Under the pieces are notes generated by a model. That model was not told the DNA's origin, ran no database searches, and saw nothing but the letters and a program-made list of their open reading frames with translations. Shown piece after piece: positions 50,748 through 61,133 of a stretch of 64,000 nt of DNA; the stretch's first letter is position 1; every line of letters begins with the position of its first letter. A program made the translations under genes and the position numbers. Location of the stretch: the NCBI GenBank assembly GCA_018654845.1, contig JABIKU010000016.1, positions 3,727-67,726 on the forward strand, read 5' to 3'. Source of the stretch: Methanobacteriota archaeon. Lineage in GTDB: Archaea > Thermoplasmatota > Poseidoniia > Poseidoniales > Thalassarchaeaceae.

Positions 50748-51376
50748 CAGTCAACCCCCATCCATTTGTGAGTTTGCAAACTCAGATTCCATCCAGGATT
50801 ATTTTTTACAACCTCAACTGTTGATTTAAAATTATTACCATTCCATTCAACATCTTTGTTTTCATCATAACAAGGCTGCAATAAATGATAATCAAAACCA
50901 CCCCTTAATTTATCATACATTTCTAAAGACTGCCCTAAATATACAATTTTCAGTTCATCTCCAGTTTTCTGACGAATTTTAATATCTGCATATTCTTGAT
51001 CTTTTGGGCTCACACAAATCCAATCAATTATTCCCGGTGGAATATTAATTGTCCCATTGGTTTCAATACTGAGATAGTAACCTAATGGTTTCAAACAATT
51101 TGAAAGAGTTTCTAAATCTTGTAATGCCGGTTCACCGCCTGTAAATATTATCTTTTCACAATCAAATTTTGATATTATGTTAACAATTTCTCCTAATGTC
51201 AAATCATTCCAAATATCAAAATCTGTGTCACACCATGGACATCTAAGATTACAACCCCCAAATCGAATAAATATTGAAGGGGTGCCAGCATGGTAACCTT
51301 CCCCTTGTATACTATGAAATATTTCTACGATTGGATACTTGTGTTCTAAGGTATTAACCTGAATCAACATAGTCAT
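50747..51376 (-). CDS. queE: 7-carboxy-7-deazaguanine synthase (radical SAM)
   Basis: IFIRFGGCNLRCPWCDT motif and QueE-like length (209 aa). Confidence 0.8.
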   Translation of the reverse strand: MTMLIQVNTLEHKYPIVEIFHSIQGEGYHAGTPSIFIRFGGCNLRCPWCDTDFDIWNDLTLGEIVNIISKFDCEKIIFTGGEPALQDLETLSNCLKPLGYYLSIETNGTINIPPGIIDWICVSPKDQEYADIKIRQKTGDELKIVYLGQSLEMYDKLRGGFDYHLLQPCYDENKDVEWNGNNFKSTVEVVKNNPGWNLSLQTHKWMGVD

Positions 51377-51398
51377 ATTATCACCGATTTAAATATAT

Positions 51399-52010
51399 TT
51401 ATCTACTAATAAGTTGTAATAATTCTGATCTAGCCTCTGAATTATCAAAAAACACACCATTCATAGCGCTAGTTGTCATTATTGATTGCTGTTTTTTGAC
51501 TCCTCTACATACCATACATCCATGAGATGCATCAATAATTACTGCAGATCCAAGCGGTTTCAATATTGATTCTAAGTCATTTGCGATTGATTTAGTAATT
51601 CGCTCTTGATTTTGCAACCTTCGAGCGTGCATATCCACTAATCTTGCTAGTTTACTTATTCCGACAATTTTGTCGACGGGAATATATGCTACACTAGCTT
51701 TACCAGAGAAAGGTAGTAGGTGATGTTCACAAGTTGAGTGAAATTCTATATCTTGCAAAAGAACTATGCCATCATAACCTTCTGCGTTAAATGTCGCATC
51801 AAGAATAGTTTTTGCATCGTCTGAATATCCTGAAAATATTTCTAAATATGAGTCAATAACTCTTTCCGGTGTACGCTTCAATCCTTCCCGCAACACATCC
51901 CCATCGAAATTTTCAATGAATCTAACTAGGGTTTCAATAGCTCTCTTCGCTTCATCTTGCTGAATTTTTTTTGTCATAAATATCACTTTACCTTCCATGC
52001 GATTCATCAA
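51399..52010 (-). CDS. folE: GTP cyclohydrolase I
   Basis: [11 protein letters not shown] motif. Likely start is MTKKIQQ at about nt 51977. Confidence 0.85.
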   Translation of the reverse strand: MMNRMEGKVIFMTKKIQQDEAKRAIETLVRFIENFDGDVLREGLKRTPERVIDSYLEIFSGYSDDAKTILDATFNAEGYDGIVLLQDIEFHSTCEHHLLPFSGKASVAYIPVDKIVGISKLARLVDMHARRLQNQERITKSIANDLESILKPLGSAVIIDASHGCMVCRGVKKQQSIMTTSAMNGVFFDNSEARSELLQLISR

Positions 52011-52149
52011 TTACATCTAATTGATCGAGTAGTTTTCGACATGCGGTTCTAATTGCATCTGCCACAGAAACAAATTTTTTCTTGTCACCAACATGGAGTT
52101 TCAAATCATCCAATAATTCCAACGGCATGTCCAAACTTATTTTTGGCAT
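51988..52149 (-). CDS. Small ribbon-helix-helix (CopG/Arc-like) protein
   Basis: Manually translated 53 aa [53 protein letters not shown]. Shows the beta-strand/helix/helix pattern of RHH proteins. Immediately upstream of folE on the same strand. Confidence 0.35.
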   Translation of the reverse strand: MPKISLDMPLELLDDLKLHVGDKKKFVSVADAIRTACRKLLDQLDVIDESHGR

Positions 52150-52211
52150 ATAGGGGGGATGTCCCACACCTATAAAGTATTACTCCAGTAATACCAGAGT
52201 AATATTGTGAC

Positions 52212-52514
52212 TTATTTTCGGTAAGATTCAATCAAATTATTTAATTGAGGAAAGTTATTGTGCAATCTTTGGGATTTATTACTAAGGGTTTCATATTGAA
52301 TTGAAATTTCTCCATCTTCTACATTATTGTCCAATAGGTTTGAAATCACATTCATACCCCCTTGTATTGAGCCCGCTTCTAGATATGCTTCATTCGATAT
52401 TAGTTGTCTATCGCGAAGTAATTCTAAAGTTTCTGATAGAAATTGCATTTCTAATTTTATAGCCGAACTTGTCAATGAAACTAGTGGCAGAAGCGAGTCG
52501 ACACTCTGAAGCAT
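52212..52514 (-). CDS. Hypothetical protein
   Basis: 100 aa ORF between the mce and RHH genes, same strand. No motif recognised. Confidence 0.3.
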   Translation of the reverse strand: MLQSVDSLLPLVSLTSSAIKLEMQFLSETLELLRDRQLISNEAYLEAGSIQGGMNVISNLLDNNVEDGEISIQYETLSNKSQRLHNNFPQLNNLIESYRK

Positions 52515-52545
52515 GAGGGGCGGTCAGGAGGTTTGTATATGATGA

Positions 52546-53004
52546 TTATTGTATCTGGCTTTGCACTAATTCAACAAGAATTCCCCCCGTAGATTTGGGG
52601 TGAATAAAAGCAATTAAATTACCATTTGCGCCTATATTTGGTGTCGAGTTAATCATTGTGAAATTATTATTCATTAATTTATCAATAACAAATTCTATAT
52701 TTTGAACATTAATTGCAATTTGTTGTATACCTTCTCCCTGATTGGAGATAAACTTAGCAATAGGCGAGCTATCACTTAATGGCTCAATCAATTCAATTTT
52801 CGAGAAAGTTTCATTCAAGTTATTATCTGTACCATGAAAGATACGAACGCGAACATCATGTTCAGGAATAATTTCATCTACACCTTGTTTTAATCCTAAT
52901 ATATTCCATAATATTGACGAATCTTCTAAATTTTTTGTCGCAATACCGACATGATCGATTCGTGGTGGCATTTCATACTCCGCTTGGTGAGGTCCAGGTT
53001 CCAA
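52546..53004 (-). CDS. mce: Methylmalonyl-CoA epimerase (VOC/glyoxalase family)
   Basis: IDHVGIATKNLE VOC motif. Adjacent to the mutase. Likely start MPPRIDH at about nt 52971. Confidence 0.7.
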   Translation of the reverse strand: MEPGPHQAEYEMPPRIDHVGIATKNLEDSSILWNILGLKQGVDEIIPEHDVRVRIFHGTDNNLNETFSKIELIEPLSDSSPIAKFISNQGEGIQQIAINVQNIEFVIDKLMNNNFTMINSTPNIGANGNLIAFIHPKSTGGILVELVQSQIQ

Positions 53005-54592
53005 ATTCTTCTCTCATAATACCATTAACCTCACCAACAGTGGCTCCTGATTTCAATGCATTAATCAAAGGATTCATAACATTTTGAGTTGATTTACAAG
53101 CGGTTCTTAATTCAGACAATGAATCCACGACCTCCTCGGTATTTCTTAATTTTTTGAATTCTATTAATTTATTAATTTGAGATTCAGAATGTTTTTTATC
53201 TAATATTAACCCCTGAGTAGTATCTTTATCGGATTCAATATATTTGTTAACACCGACGACTGACAATTCCCCTGATTCAATTTTTTTCAATTCCCTCCAA
53301 GCACTTTCATGAATTTTTTTCTGTTGGATCCCCGATTTTATGGCTTCCATAGCCCCACCAGATGAATAAATTTCTTCAATAAGTTCAGTTGCCTCAGAAA
53401 CGATTCTTGCAGTTAACTCTTCGATAAGATATGAACCCGCCAAAGGATCTACAGTATCTCCAACAAAGGTCTCCTCAGAGATTATTTGTTGAGTTCGAAG
53501 AGCGATTTTTACTGCTTCATCTGTTGGCAATCCAATTGCTTCGTCGTAGCTATTTGTATGGAGGGATTGCGTACCACCAAACACTGAAGATAATGCTTGA
53601 TATGCAACTCTTATGGCGTTGTTCATTGGTTGCTGTGCAGTAAGTGAAACTCCTGCTGTTTGTGTGTGGAATCTAAGTTTTTTAGAACGTGAATCCTTTG
53701 GTGAAAATCTATGAGAGATTTGTTCAAACCATAATTGTCTTGCTGCCCTAAATTTGGAAATTTCTTCCAAAAAATCATTATGGCATCCAAAAAAGAATGA
53801 CATTCGAGGGGCGAAATCATCAATTTCCAATCCAACTTTAATAGATTCTTCTGCATAATAAAGGGCATTTGAAATTGTTAAACCAACTTCCTCAACAGCA
53901 GTACATCCGGCTTCCCTCATGTGGTATCCACTAACTGATATGGTATTCCAAGAAGGTAAATTTTCATGACACCATTGAAACAAATCGGTTGTTAGTCGAA
54001 TGGATTGTTTGGGCGGAAATACGTAAAGGCCTCTGGCAATATACTCCTTCAAGATATCATTTTGAACTGTGCCTTTTAGCTTAGTTCTCGATATCCTTTT
54101 TTCATCTGCCAAAGCCACGTACAATGCTAATAGTGTTGTTGCTGAAGCGTTAATTGTCATAGAAGTAGATACTTCCCCCAAATCAATATCATCAAATAAT
54201 TCTCTCATATCATCTAGAGTATCTATTGCCACTCCTACCTTGCCAACTTCTCCTTCAGAAGATTCATGATCTGAATCTAAACCCAGTTGTGTTGGCAAAT
54301 CAAATGCAATTGAAAGGCCAGTTTGTCCCGAATCTAATAATAATTTAAATCTATGATTAGTTTCTTTAGCTGTGGAAAATCCAGCATATTGACGCATTGT
54401 CCAGCGTTTATTTAGGTACATTTCCTTATGAATTCCTCTTGTGTACGGCGGCTCCCCAGGGGGCGAATGTCCTTCTGGAGGGTAACCTGAGTTGACCGCT
54501 GTTTCAGGAGTGGAAACTTTGGATCTAATCATCCCACTTCGAGTGGTTGAATAGTCATCATGCATGCTTCTCAACACGTTGAGGCCCAACAA
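52973..54592 (-). CDS. mcmA: Methylmalonyl-CoA mutase, catalytic (large) subunit without fused B12-binding domain
   Basis: 539 aa with substrate-binding TIM-barrel motifs of MCM (FGGTQSLHTNSYDEA, YPPEGHSPPGEPPYTRGI). Confidence 0.85.
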   Translation of the reverse strand: MLGLNVLRSMHDDYSTTRSGMIRSKVSTPETAVNSGYPPEGHSPPGEPPYTRGIHKEMYLNKRWTMRQYAGFSTAKETNHRFKLLLDSGQTGLSIAFDLPTQLGLDSDHESSEGEVGKVGVAIDTLDDMRELFDDIDLGEVSTSMTINASATTLLALYVALADEKRISRTKLKGTVQNDILKEYIARGLYVFPPKQSIRLTTDLFQWCHENLPSWNTISVSGYHMREAGCTAVEEVGLTISNALYYAEESIKVGLEIDDFAPRMSFFFGCHNDFLEEISKFRAARQLWFEQISHRFSPKDSRSKKLRFHTQTAGVSLTAQQPMNNAIRVAYQALSSVFGGTQSLHTNSYDEAIGLPTDEAVKIALRTQQIISEETFVGDTVDPLAGSYLIEELTARIVSEATELIEEIYSSGGAMEAIKSGIQQKKIHESAWRELKKIESGELSVVGVNKYIESDKDTTQGLILDKKHSESQINKLIEFKKLRNTEEVVDSLSELRTACKSTQNVMNPLINALKSGATVGEVNGIMREEFGTWTSPSGV

Positions 54593-54611
54593 TGCAAATT
54601 AATGATTTGTT

Positions 54612-55127
54612 TCAATGGTGATGCCCACCTGGACCATGAACATGTCCATGTGTTAATTCTTCTTCTTCGGCATTTCTTATGGATAAAATTTCTACTTCAA
54701 AGGTTAATGCTTTTCCTGCCATAGGGTGATTGAAGTCACAACTAACCTCTAATTCATTGATTTCTATTACTTCAAATGGCATAGGCATACCCTGAACTTC
54801 AGCCTGAAATTGCATCCCAACCTCTAGCTCGTCTGTAAATTGCCCTCTTTCCATTTGTAAAACCCGGTCTTCTTCTCTGTGACCATATGCACGCTCAGGA
54901 TCCAAAGTAAAAATCCTCTTTTCACCTGTTTTTGAGCCTAAAATTTCTTCTTCAAAACCCAAAATCATATTTTGGTGCCCGATTAAAAATGTAATTGGTT
55001 CTCGTCCTTCACCTTTCGAGGAATCAAAAATTTCTTTATTTTCTGGAAAGTATCCTACATAATCTACTGTTACTACTTTATTTAATTCTACTATCATTAT
55101 ATCATCTCCGTATTGTATATTCATCAA
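54612..55127 (-). CDS. slyD: FKBP-type peptidyl-prolyl isomerase, SlyD-like, with His-rich metal-binding tail
   Basis: FKBP domain plus insert-in-flap region. C-terminal HGHVHGPGGHHH. Confidence 0.8.
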   Translation of the reverse strand: MMNIQYGDDIMIVELNKVVTVDYVGYFPENKEIFDSSKGEGREPITFLIGHQNMILGFEEEILGSKTGEKRIFTLDPERAYGHREEDRVLQMERGQFTDELEVGMQFQAEVQGMPMPFEVIEINELEVSCDFNHPMAGKALTFEVEILSIRNAEEEELTHGHVHGPGGHHH

Positions 55128-55896
55128 TTATTTTCGTTAATTTTTCTAATTGATATTCATCGATAATACCACTATTAATTTTCTCGTCTAAATACAACTT
55201 AGCCTCAGCAGCAGTTTGCCGTTCACCTTTTGCCCAAATTGATCCTAGCAATCCAGAACGGTGTTCTTCTGCGATATCTATATTCTTGAGTAAGCCTCGC
55301 ATTTCATATTTGTATTCCATGTGCCTACTCCTATCTAATCTTCTTGCACGATTAGCTGGTTGATAACTTGTTTTCCGAGCCCTACGACGAGGCTTTGGAG
55401 GGGGTTTTGCTACCGGTTTAGTTGCAGTATTATTTTTTGTATTCACCAGATTAGTATTTTGAGAAGCTCTAAGTTTACTCTGCTTGATTAATTGAATGGC
55501 TTTATTCGACTGCACCTTATCTGTTTTTTTCCCCAATTTTTTGGAACCTTTTTTAGTCTTTAATCCGACGCTTTTTCTTGCGGATATAGATTTATCCTTA
55601 TCCTTTATTATTGGTGGTTCTGCTGCTGTTATTATTTCCTTAGCCACTTTAGTCGCCTCAGGTTTCTTGTCAGGATGTTTCTCTTTTGTAACCGAAGTTT
55701 GAATTCTTGCTTCAGTTTGTATTTGAGGTGGCGAAGGTGTTTCAATATTTTTTACTCCAGAAGTGGTAGGAGAGGGACTAGCTTTAGGAGTAGGTTTTAT
55801 CGGAGTCGCAACCCGTATTTTTTTCTTTGATTCTTTATTCGAATCCTTGCCAAAAATATTTTTTGGCAAATTTTTGGGTTTGCGACGACGCTGCAC
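55102..55896 (-). CDS. Hypothetical basic K/P/T-rich protein with a C-terminal globular domain of about 85 aa
   Basis: Low-complexity lysine/proline-rich N-terminal 180 aa. No motif recognised. Confidence 0.35.
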   Translation of the reverse strand: MQRRRKPKNLPKNIFGKDSNKESKKKIRVATPIKPTPKASPSPTTSGVKNIETPSPPQIQTEARIQTSVTKEKHPDKKPEATKVAKEIITAAEPPIIKDKDKSISARKSVGLKTKKGSKKLGKKTDKVQSNKAIQLIKQSKLRASQNTNLVNTKNNTATKPVAKPPPKPRRRARKTSYQPANRARRLDRSRHMEYKYEMRGLLKNIDIAEEHRSGLLGSIWAKGERQTAAEAKLYLDEKINSGIIDEYQLEKLTKIIDEYTIRR

Positions 55897-55961
55897 TACT
55901 GAACCAGTCTCCTATACAATCCTGAGTAAAGGGTTTCATAAGGGTATTGAGTTCAATTATG

Positions 55962-56969
55962 TCAAAGCCAAGACACAATTGTTGAATCTGTCCTCAATAA
56001 TGGATTAATTTTACTATCAGAAAAAACAGTTTCTTCATTACTTAATCTTGCCAATCGTCCCAATTCTGCTATCATAGTTCCATTATCAATACAATATTGT
56101 TTTTCAGGCCAGTGTGAACTTGCACCACGTTCGAGGCACATTATTTCAGACATCTGTCTAATTCGTAAATTACATGCCACCCCACCACCAAGAAGGACCT
56201 CTGTTTTACCTAAATGTGCCAGGGCTCGTTCTGTAACCTCAATACAACTAGAAAATGCGTGCTCTTGCAATGACCAACATACTTGAGCCAATGGTTTTCC
56301 GTCGTTAATTAATTGCTGAGCCGCAGTCAACATTCCTGAAAAAGACAAGTCCATTCCTTGAACGCCGTATGGCAATTCGACGTCTATTAGAGACGCGTTT
56401 GGGTTTTTGGCTACCCATCTTTCAGCCAATTTTTCAATCTCAGGACCTCCGGGAAATGGAATTCCTTGTGCTCTGGCAAATTTGTCAAGCATATTTCCAA
56501 TTCCGATATCTAAAGTTTCTCCAATAACGCGATATTTATCCCCCATTCGAGCAATAACCTGCGTATTGCCTCCACTTACATAAAGTAAAACTGGATCGGT
56601 ACACCCTGTTTGATTTCGTCCAATTTCAATATGAGCAATACAATGATTAACGCCAATTAAAGGCACATTAAGCTCCGATGCCAAAGCTCTAGCTACGGAT
56701 GCTCCCACCCTTAAACAAGGGCCCAAACCTGGGCCTTGGCTGAAGGCAATTGATAAAATATTATTTTTCTGAATATTGTTAATATCCAAAAACTGTGTAA
56801 TTATTCTTGACACATTTTCTGAATGATGATCGGCGGCTTCTCGAGGATGTATTCCCCCTTCTTCAGGTCTAAAAAGGGCAGAACATGAAGGAATTAGTTC
56901 CCCACTCTCTTTCACACCACCAATTGAAAGAGTGTGGGCTGTGCTTTCAAGCCCGATAACAATGCCCAT
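55962..56969 (-). CDS. kae1: tRNA N6-adenosine threonylcarbamoyltransferase Kae1
   Basis: MGIVIGLESTAHTLSIGG..., metal-binding HCIAH, and the ASKH-fold pattern throughout. Confidence 0.9.
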   Translation of the reverse strand: MGIVIGLESTAHTLSIGGVKESGELIPSCSALFRPEEGGIHPREAADHHSENVSRIITQFLDINNIQKNNILSIAFSQGPGLGPCLRVGASVARALASELNVPLIGVNHCIAHIEIGRNQTGCTDPVLLYVSGGNTQVIARMGDKYRVIGETLDIGIGNMLDKFARAQGIPFPGGPEIEKLAERWVAKNPNASLIDVELPYGVQGMDLSFSGMLTAAQQLINDGKPLAQVCWSLQEHAFSSCIEVTERALAHLGKTEVLLGGGVACNLRIRQMSEIMCLERGASSHWPEKQYCIDNGTMIAELGRLARLSNEETVFSDSKINPLLRTDSTIVSWL

Positions 56970-58282
56970 TGTATTCTTCCAACAGACATAGTCCTTTCAA
57001 GTATCACTCTTCACGGACGTTCATGCAGTTGCTCTTGGTAAACATTGGGGAGCTTGCAACTCTTTCAGAGGGTGACCCAAATAAACCTCTCACTGGCGAC
57101 TCAATGCACAATAGAGAACAGTTAGTTCATAATCATGGAACTGGAATATATATTGAAGAAGATAAGATTATTCGAATCGATGATTCCCAAAAATTATTTG
57201 AAGAATATTCTGGAACAAATGTCAAAATATTAGATGTTGAATCCAAAGCAATCGTGCCCGGATTTGTAGATTCTCACACACATTTGGTTTGGGCGGGAGA
57301 TCGCGCTAATGAAATGAATTTGAGAAGAAAAGGATACTCTTACCAAGATATTGCTAATGCAGGTGGAGGAATCCAAAAAACAGTTGATTATACTCGAAGC
57401 ACATCCGAAGAACATCTAATCAATAAGGGGTTAGATATTTGTAAAACAGCTTTAAAGTTTGGAACCACCACTATTGAGGGGAAAAGTGGATATGGATTAA
57501 CGACGAAATCTGAAATTAATCTTCTCCAAGCAATTAAAAAAATTGGAAGCACTTCCCCTCAATTAATTCTCGGGACATGGCTTGGAGCCCACGATTTCCC
57601 TAAGAATACAAAAAAATCAGATTATATTGAATCTCTAATTTCTGATCAATTACCTTTGGTAGTTGAAAATAATTTAGCTAATTGGGTAGATGTATTTTGT
57701 GAACCTGGGTGGTATGATTTAGAACAAACAGAGACCATAATCAAAGCTTCTCATGAATTAGGACTTCGGAGTCGAATTCATGTAGACGAATTTGTAGATG
57801 GCAACGGGTTATCCCTAGCTGCTGAATTGGGTTGTGATAGTGGGGATCATGTAGGATTCAGTAATTCAGAATCTAGGGAGGCGGCAAACAAGGCTGGCAC
57901 CCTTCAAACATTTTTACCTGGTACTCCATATGTTTTAGGTAATGAATTAATATATCCACTAAACGAATGTTTAGACAACAATTGGGCATTCGGCTTCGCA
58001 ACGGATTACAATCCTAATTGTAATACAATTTCTTTACCATTTGTAGGCAGCCTCGCAACCCACCGATTGAATCTTGACCCTCTTGCCGCATTAGTGGCGG
58101 TAACAAGAAACCCTGCATCATCACTAAATTTGAAAGAAGAAGAAATCAGAGGAAGTATACGTGAAGGTGGAATTGCCGATCTAAATATTTTGAAAAGTAA
58201 TTATATCGATGGCTGGTGTCAAACGCCTGGTATTTCTCCAGTTTCAAAAACAATTATTTCAGGGGAATTGTTTAACCATTAA
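56969..58282 (+). CDS. hutI: Imidazolonepropionase
   Basis: Amidohydrolase GFVDSHTHLVWAG motif and HutI-like length. Probable start at about nt 57023. Confidence 0.8.
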   Translation: MYSSNRHSPFKYHSSRTFMQLLLVNIGELATLSEGDPNKPLTGDSMHNREQLVHNHGTGIYIEEDKIIRIDDSQKLFEEYSGTNVKILDVESKAIVPGFVDSHTHLVWAGDRANEMNLRRKGYSYQDIANAGGGIQKTVDYTRSTSEEHLINKGLDICKTALKFGTTTIEGKSGYGLTTKSEINLLQAIKKIGSTSPQLILGTWLGAHDFPKNTKKSDYIESLISDQLPLVVENNLANWVDVFCEPGWYDLEQTETIIKASHELGLRSRIHVDEFVDGNGLSLAAELGCDSGDHVGFSNSESREAANKAGTLQTFLPGTPYVLGNELIYPLNECLDNNWAFGFATDYNPNCNTISLPFVGSLATHRLNLDPLAALVAVTRNPASSLNLKEEEIRGSIREGGIADLNILKSNYIDGWCQTPGISPVSKTIISGELFNH

Positions 58283-58784
58283 AAATGCTACAAATCTATT
58301 TTAAATTTCTAACGTATTTGTACAATCTTTTTCAAACTTTCAATTACACAATTTCAATTATGTCCAAATTATTTCTTAATTCTCGATTGTAGATAATTTG
58401 ATACTGATTTTTCGCTAATAGTATTGCTGATAAGAATGATTATCGGAATTTGTTCCATATTGATTATCTGCATCTGCTTAGCAGTACCACGTTATTGGTA
58501 ATAATTGTAATTATCATCATTACAGAGGGGGTGGAAGGAAGATATTTACGAATGACTCTATGAAAACAGATCATGGTAGTATATGTTGGTTATTGCATGA
58601 GTTGCAAGAAATCACGAGATATACTCAATGCGAAATTGATTCAGATGAAAAATGGAAGAACCAGAGTGGCTGGTTCGTGCTCATCCATAGATTGTTGTGG
58701 AAAAATCTCAAAAATAATTTCATGAATTATTAACCCACAAAGAGAATCATTGATGAGGGGGTCTCTTGACGGCCGCCTACCTTA

Positions 58785-58860
58785 GGGCTCGTGGTCTAGG
58801 GGTTATGACGTCGCCTTGACATGGCGAAGATCGCAGGTTCAATTCCTGCCGAGCCCACCA
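58785..58860 (+). tRNA. tRNA-Val (anticodon GAC), CCA encoded
   Basis: Folded by hand: acceptor GGGCUCG/CGAGCCC; anticodon stem UCGCC/GGCGA with loop UUGACAU; T arm GCAGG-UUCAAUU-CCUGC; discriminator A then CCA. Confidence 0.8.
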
Positions 58861-58881
58861 ATAGAGTTAATTCTAGTTTTG

Positions 58882-59607
58882 TCATAATTCAAATTCAAAT
58901 GCTAGTCTCAATCTACCTTTGCCTTTGTTCTTCTTGCCGATGTATCGGAGAGGTGGAATAATGGATGTATTTGATACATGAGTGCCAGCGCATGGACATA
59001 AATCTACACCTTCTATTTCCACCACTCGTAAATTATCCCCTGGTATTTTATGCAAAAATTTAGTGTGTCTTATCAGTTTGTGGTTTAGTATTGTACTCCT
59101 GTCCCACTCGTGAATATTTACTGGTGTTGATGAGCTTAATACTGAATTAACTGCACTAACTAATTCAACCGGATTAAATTCTTCCTTGTTTTCAAATAGC
59201 AAATCAATGCGTGATCGAATAGCTCCCAATTGGTTTCCGACGGTCTGAGCGCCCCAGATATCTTCAGCTAGCGCCGAAACAATATGTTGTGAGGTATGCA
59301 TCATTGCGTGAGCGTTTCTTCTTTCAGTGTCGATTTGACAAGAAATTCCCTCTCCAATTTCAAAATTAAATGGGTCGTCTATAGGATGTACAATCATTTC
59401 ACCAGGTAGAACCTCTGAAAATTCAGAAATTCCCCCATCAGTTTTGATTATCTTACCTGTATCACCAGGTTGTCCCCCTCCACGTGGATAACAGTATGTT
59501 TCAGAAAGTAACAATGCTGACTCACTAATTCCAACAACATTCGCTTCAAATTGAGGGGGGTTAATTCCAGGATGCTTGGTCATGTGTAGTTTTTCTTGCA
59601 AAATCAA
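58882..59607 (-). CDS. alaX: AlaX-M-like tRNA editing protein (Ala/Thr-tRNA synthetase second additional domain)
   Basis: HxxxH (MHTSQHIV) and CAGTHV zinc-binding motifs. 241 aa. Confidence 0.65.
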   Translation of the reverse strand: MILQEKLHMTKHPGINPPQFEANVVGISESALLLSETYCYPRGGGQPGDTGKIIKTDGGISEFSEVLPGEMIVHPIDDPFNFEIGEGISCQIDTERRNAHAMMHTSQHIVSALAEDIWGAQTVGNQLGAIRSRIDLLFENKEEFNPVELVSAVNSVLSSSTPVNIHEWDRSTILNHKLIRHTKFLHKIPGDNLRVVEIEGVDLCPCAGTHVSNTSIIPPLRYIGKKNKGKGRLRLAFEFEL

Positions 59608-61133
59608 CCCTCAAAAACATTGCAGAGTGAGCCATCTAAAATTTTTGATGCCAGATTTTCTGTGTCTATAGAAAATGACCTGTCACCCTCAAGAGGTCGA
59701 ACAATTTCTCTTATCCAAGAATGAATTAACGTTACAGAATCCGAAGAAGTTTCAGAAATATTATCTAATGCTACACTTGAACAAATAAATTCATTTGCTA
59801 ATATTAATGATAAAAATTTTGTTTGTTTAAACAAGCGATACGCCCCTGTAGCACCCATGGACACATGATCTTCCTTACCCAGACTTACTGGAATATTTGT
59901 TGTTGTTACTGAATTAGCGAGAAGATTCATCTCCGCTAGTACCGCTGCAGAAACATATTGTAATATCATTAATCCACTTTCAAGACCCTCATTTTGTGCT
60001 AGAAATGCATTTTGTTCAGACCAATTAGGATCTAGGATTTGATTTGTTCGTCGTTCAGAAATACTACCGATCTCATGACAATTAATTGCTAAAGTATCAC
60101 TGATAATAGCTAGAGATTGTCCATGAAAATTTCCTCCGCTAATTACATCAAAGCTCGAATCTTCTACAAATATCAAAGGATTATCTGTGGCAGAATTAAT
60201 TTCAATTTCTAAAATTCTTCTTGATTCTTTTATTGCATCAATCATTGGCCCATGTACTTGGGAAGCACATCTAAACGAATATGAATCCTGTACTCTATCG
60301 CAATTTTCATGAGATTCCATAATTCCTGAATTTTGTAAAAATTCTGAAATACGTGCGGCTGAAATAGATTGACCAATTTGTGGCCTTGCTTTATGGATTC
60401 TTTCATCAAAAGGAGAAATTGAACCTTTAATACTCTCAATTGAACAGGCAACAGATACATCAGCAGAAAATATTAATTTTTCACAATTCAGTATTGATTC
60501 TGTTAAATATGCGCACATTTGGCTGGTTCCGTTGATTAATGACAAACCCTCTTTTGCCTCCAATACCGTTGGTTGCAAACCTGCTGCAGCAAGTGCTTCT
60601 TTAGCATTGGTAATGACCCAATTTCCTTCCGAAGATTGGACATTTGCCCTCCCCTCTCCAATTATTCCTAAAGCCATATGTGATAATGGAGCTAAATCTC
60701 CAGAAGCTCCTAGAGAACCGATACGCGGTACCTCTGGTGCGATTCTATTGTTAATCATTTCAATAATTAATTGCACTAATTCTACCCGCGCTCCTGAGAA
60801 TCCTTTGGCAATAGAATTGACTCTGATCAACATCATCATTAACACATGTTCAGGGTCCATTCTTTCTCCAACTGCACAGGCATGTGAACGAATTAGGTTT
60901 TGTTGCAATTCTTTCAAATTTGTTTTATCAATCGTTTTTGATGAGAGTGCACCAAAACCCGTATTTATTCCATAAACAATTTCCTCAGAATCTAATATTT
61001 CCTCAACTACATTGAAGGATTTCTTCATATTAACACGGGCACTTTTGGATAGTTTGATAGTTATACCAGGATTCTTAAGTGAAGAAATTTGTTCTAAAGT
61101 TAAAGAGTTTCCATCGATAATTATTGTTTTCAA
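59604..61133 (-). CDS. hutH: Histidine ammonia-lyase
   Basis: GSLGASGDLAPLSH with the ASG triad that forms the MIO cofactor. 509 aa. Confidence 0.9.
   Translation of the reverse strand: MKTIIIDGNSLTLEQISSLKNPGITIKLSKSARVNMKKSFNVVEEILDSEEIVYGINTGFGALSSKTIDKTNLKELQQNLIRSHACAVGERMDPEHVLMMMLIRVNSIAKGFSGARVELVQLIIEMINNRIAPEVPRIGSLGASGDLAPLSHMALGIIGEGRANVQSSEGNWVITNAKEALAAAGLQPTVLEAKEGLSLINGTSQMCAYLTESILNCEKLIFSADVSVACSIESIKGSISPFDERIHKARPQIGQSISAARISEFLQNSGIMESHENCDRVQDSYSFRCASQVHGPMIDAIKESRRILEIEINSATDNPLIFVEDSSFDVISGGNFHGQSLAIISDTLAINCHEIGSISERRTNQILDPNWSEQNAFLAQNEGLESGLMILQYVSAAVLAEMNLLANSVTTTNIPVSLGKEDHVSMGATGAYRLFKQTKFLSLILANEFICSSVALDNISETSSDSVTLIHSWIREIVRPLEGDRSFSIDTENLASKILDGSLCNVFEG

Noticed and set aside
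58560-58691. 43 aa ORF in the 500 bp AT-rich spacer upstream of tRNA-Val
   Set aside because: Too short, no recognisable motif, and no convincing start context. The spacer is more likely promoter or leader sequence.
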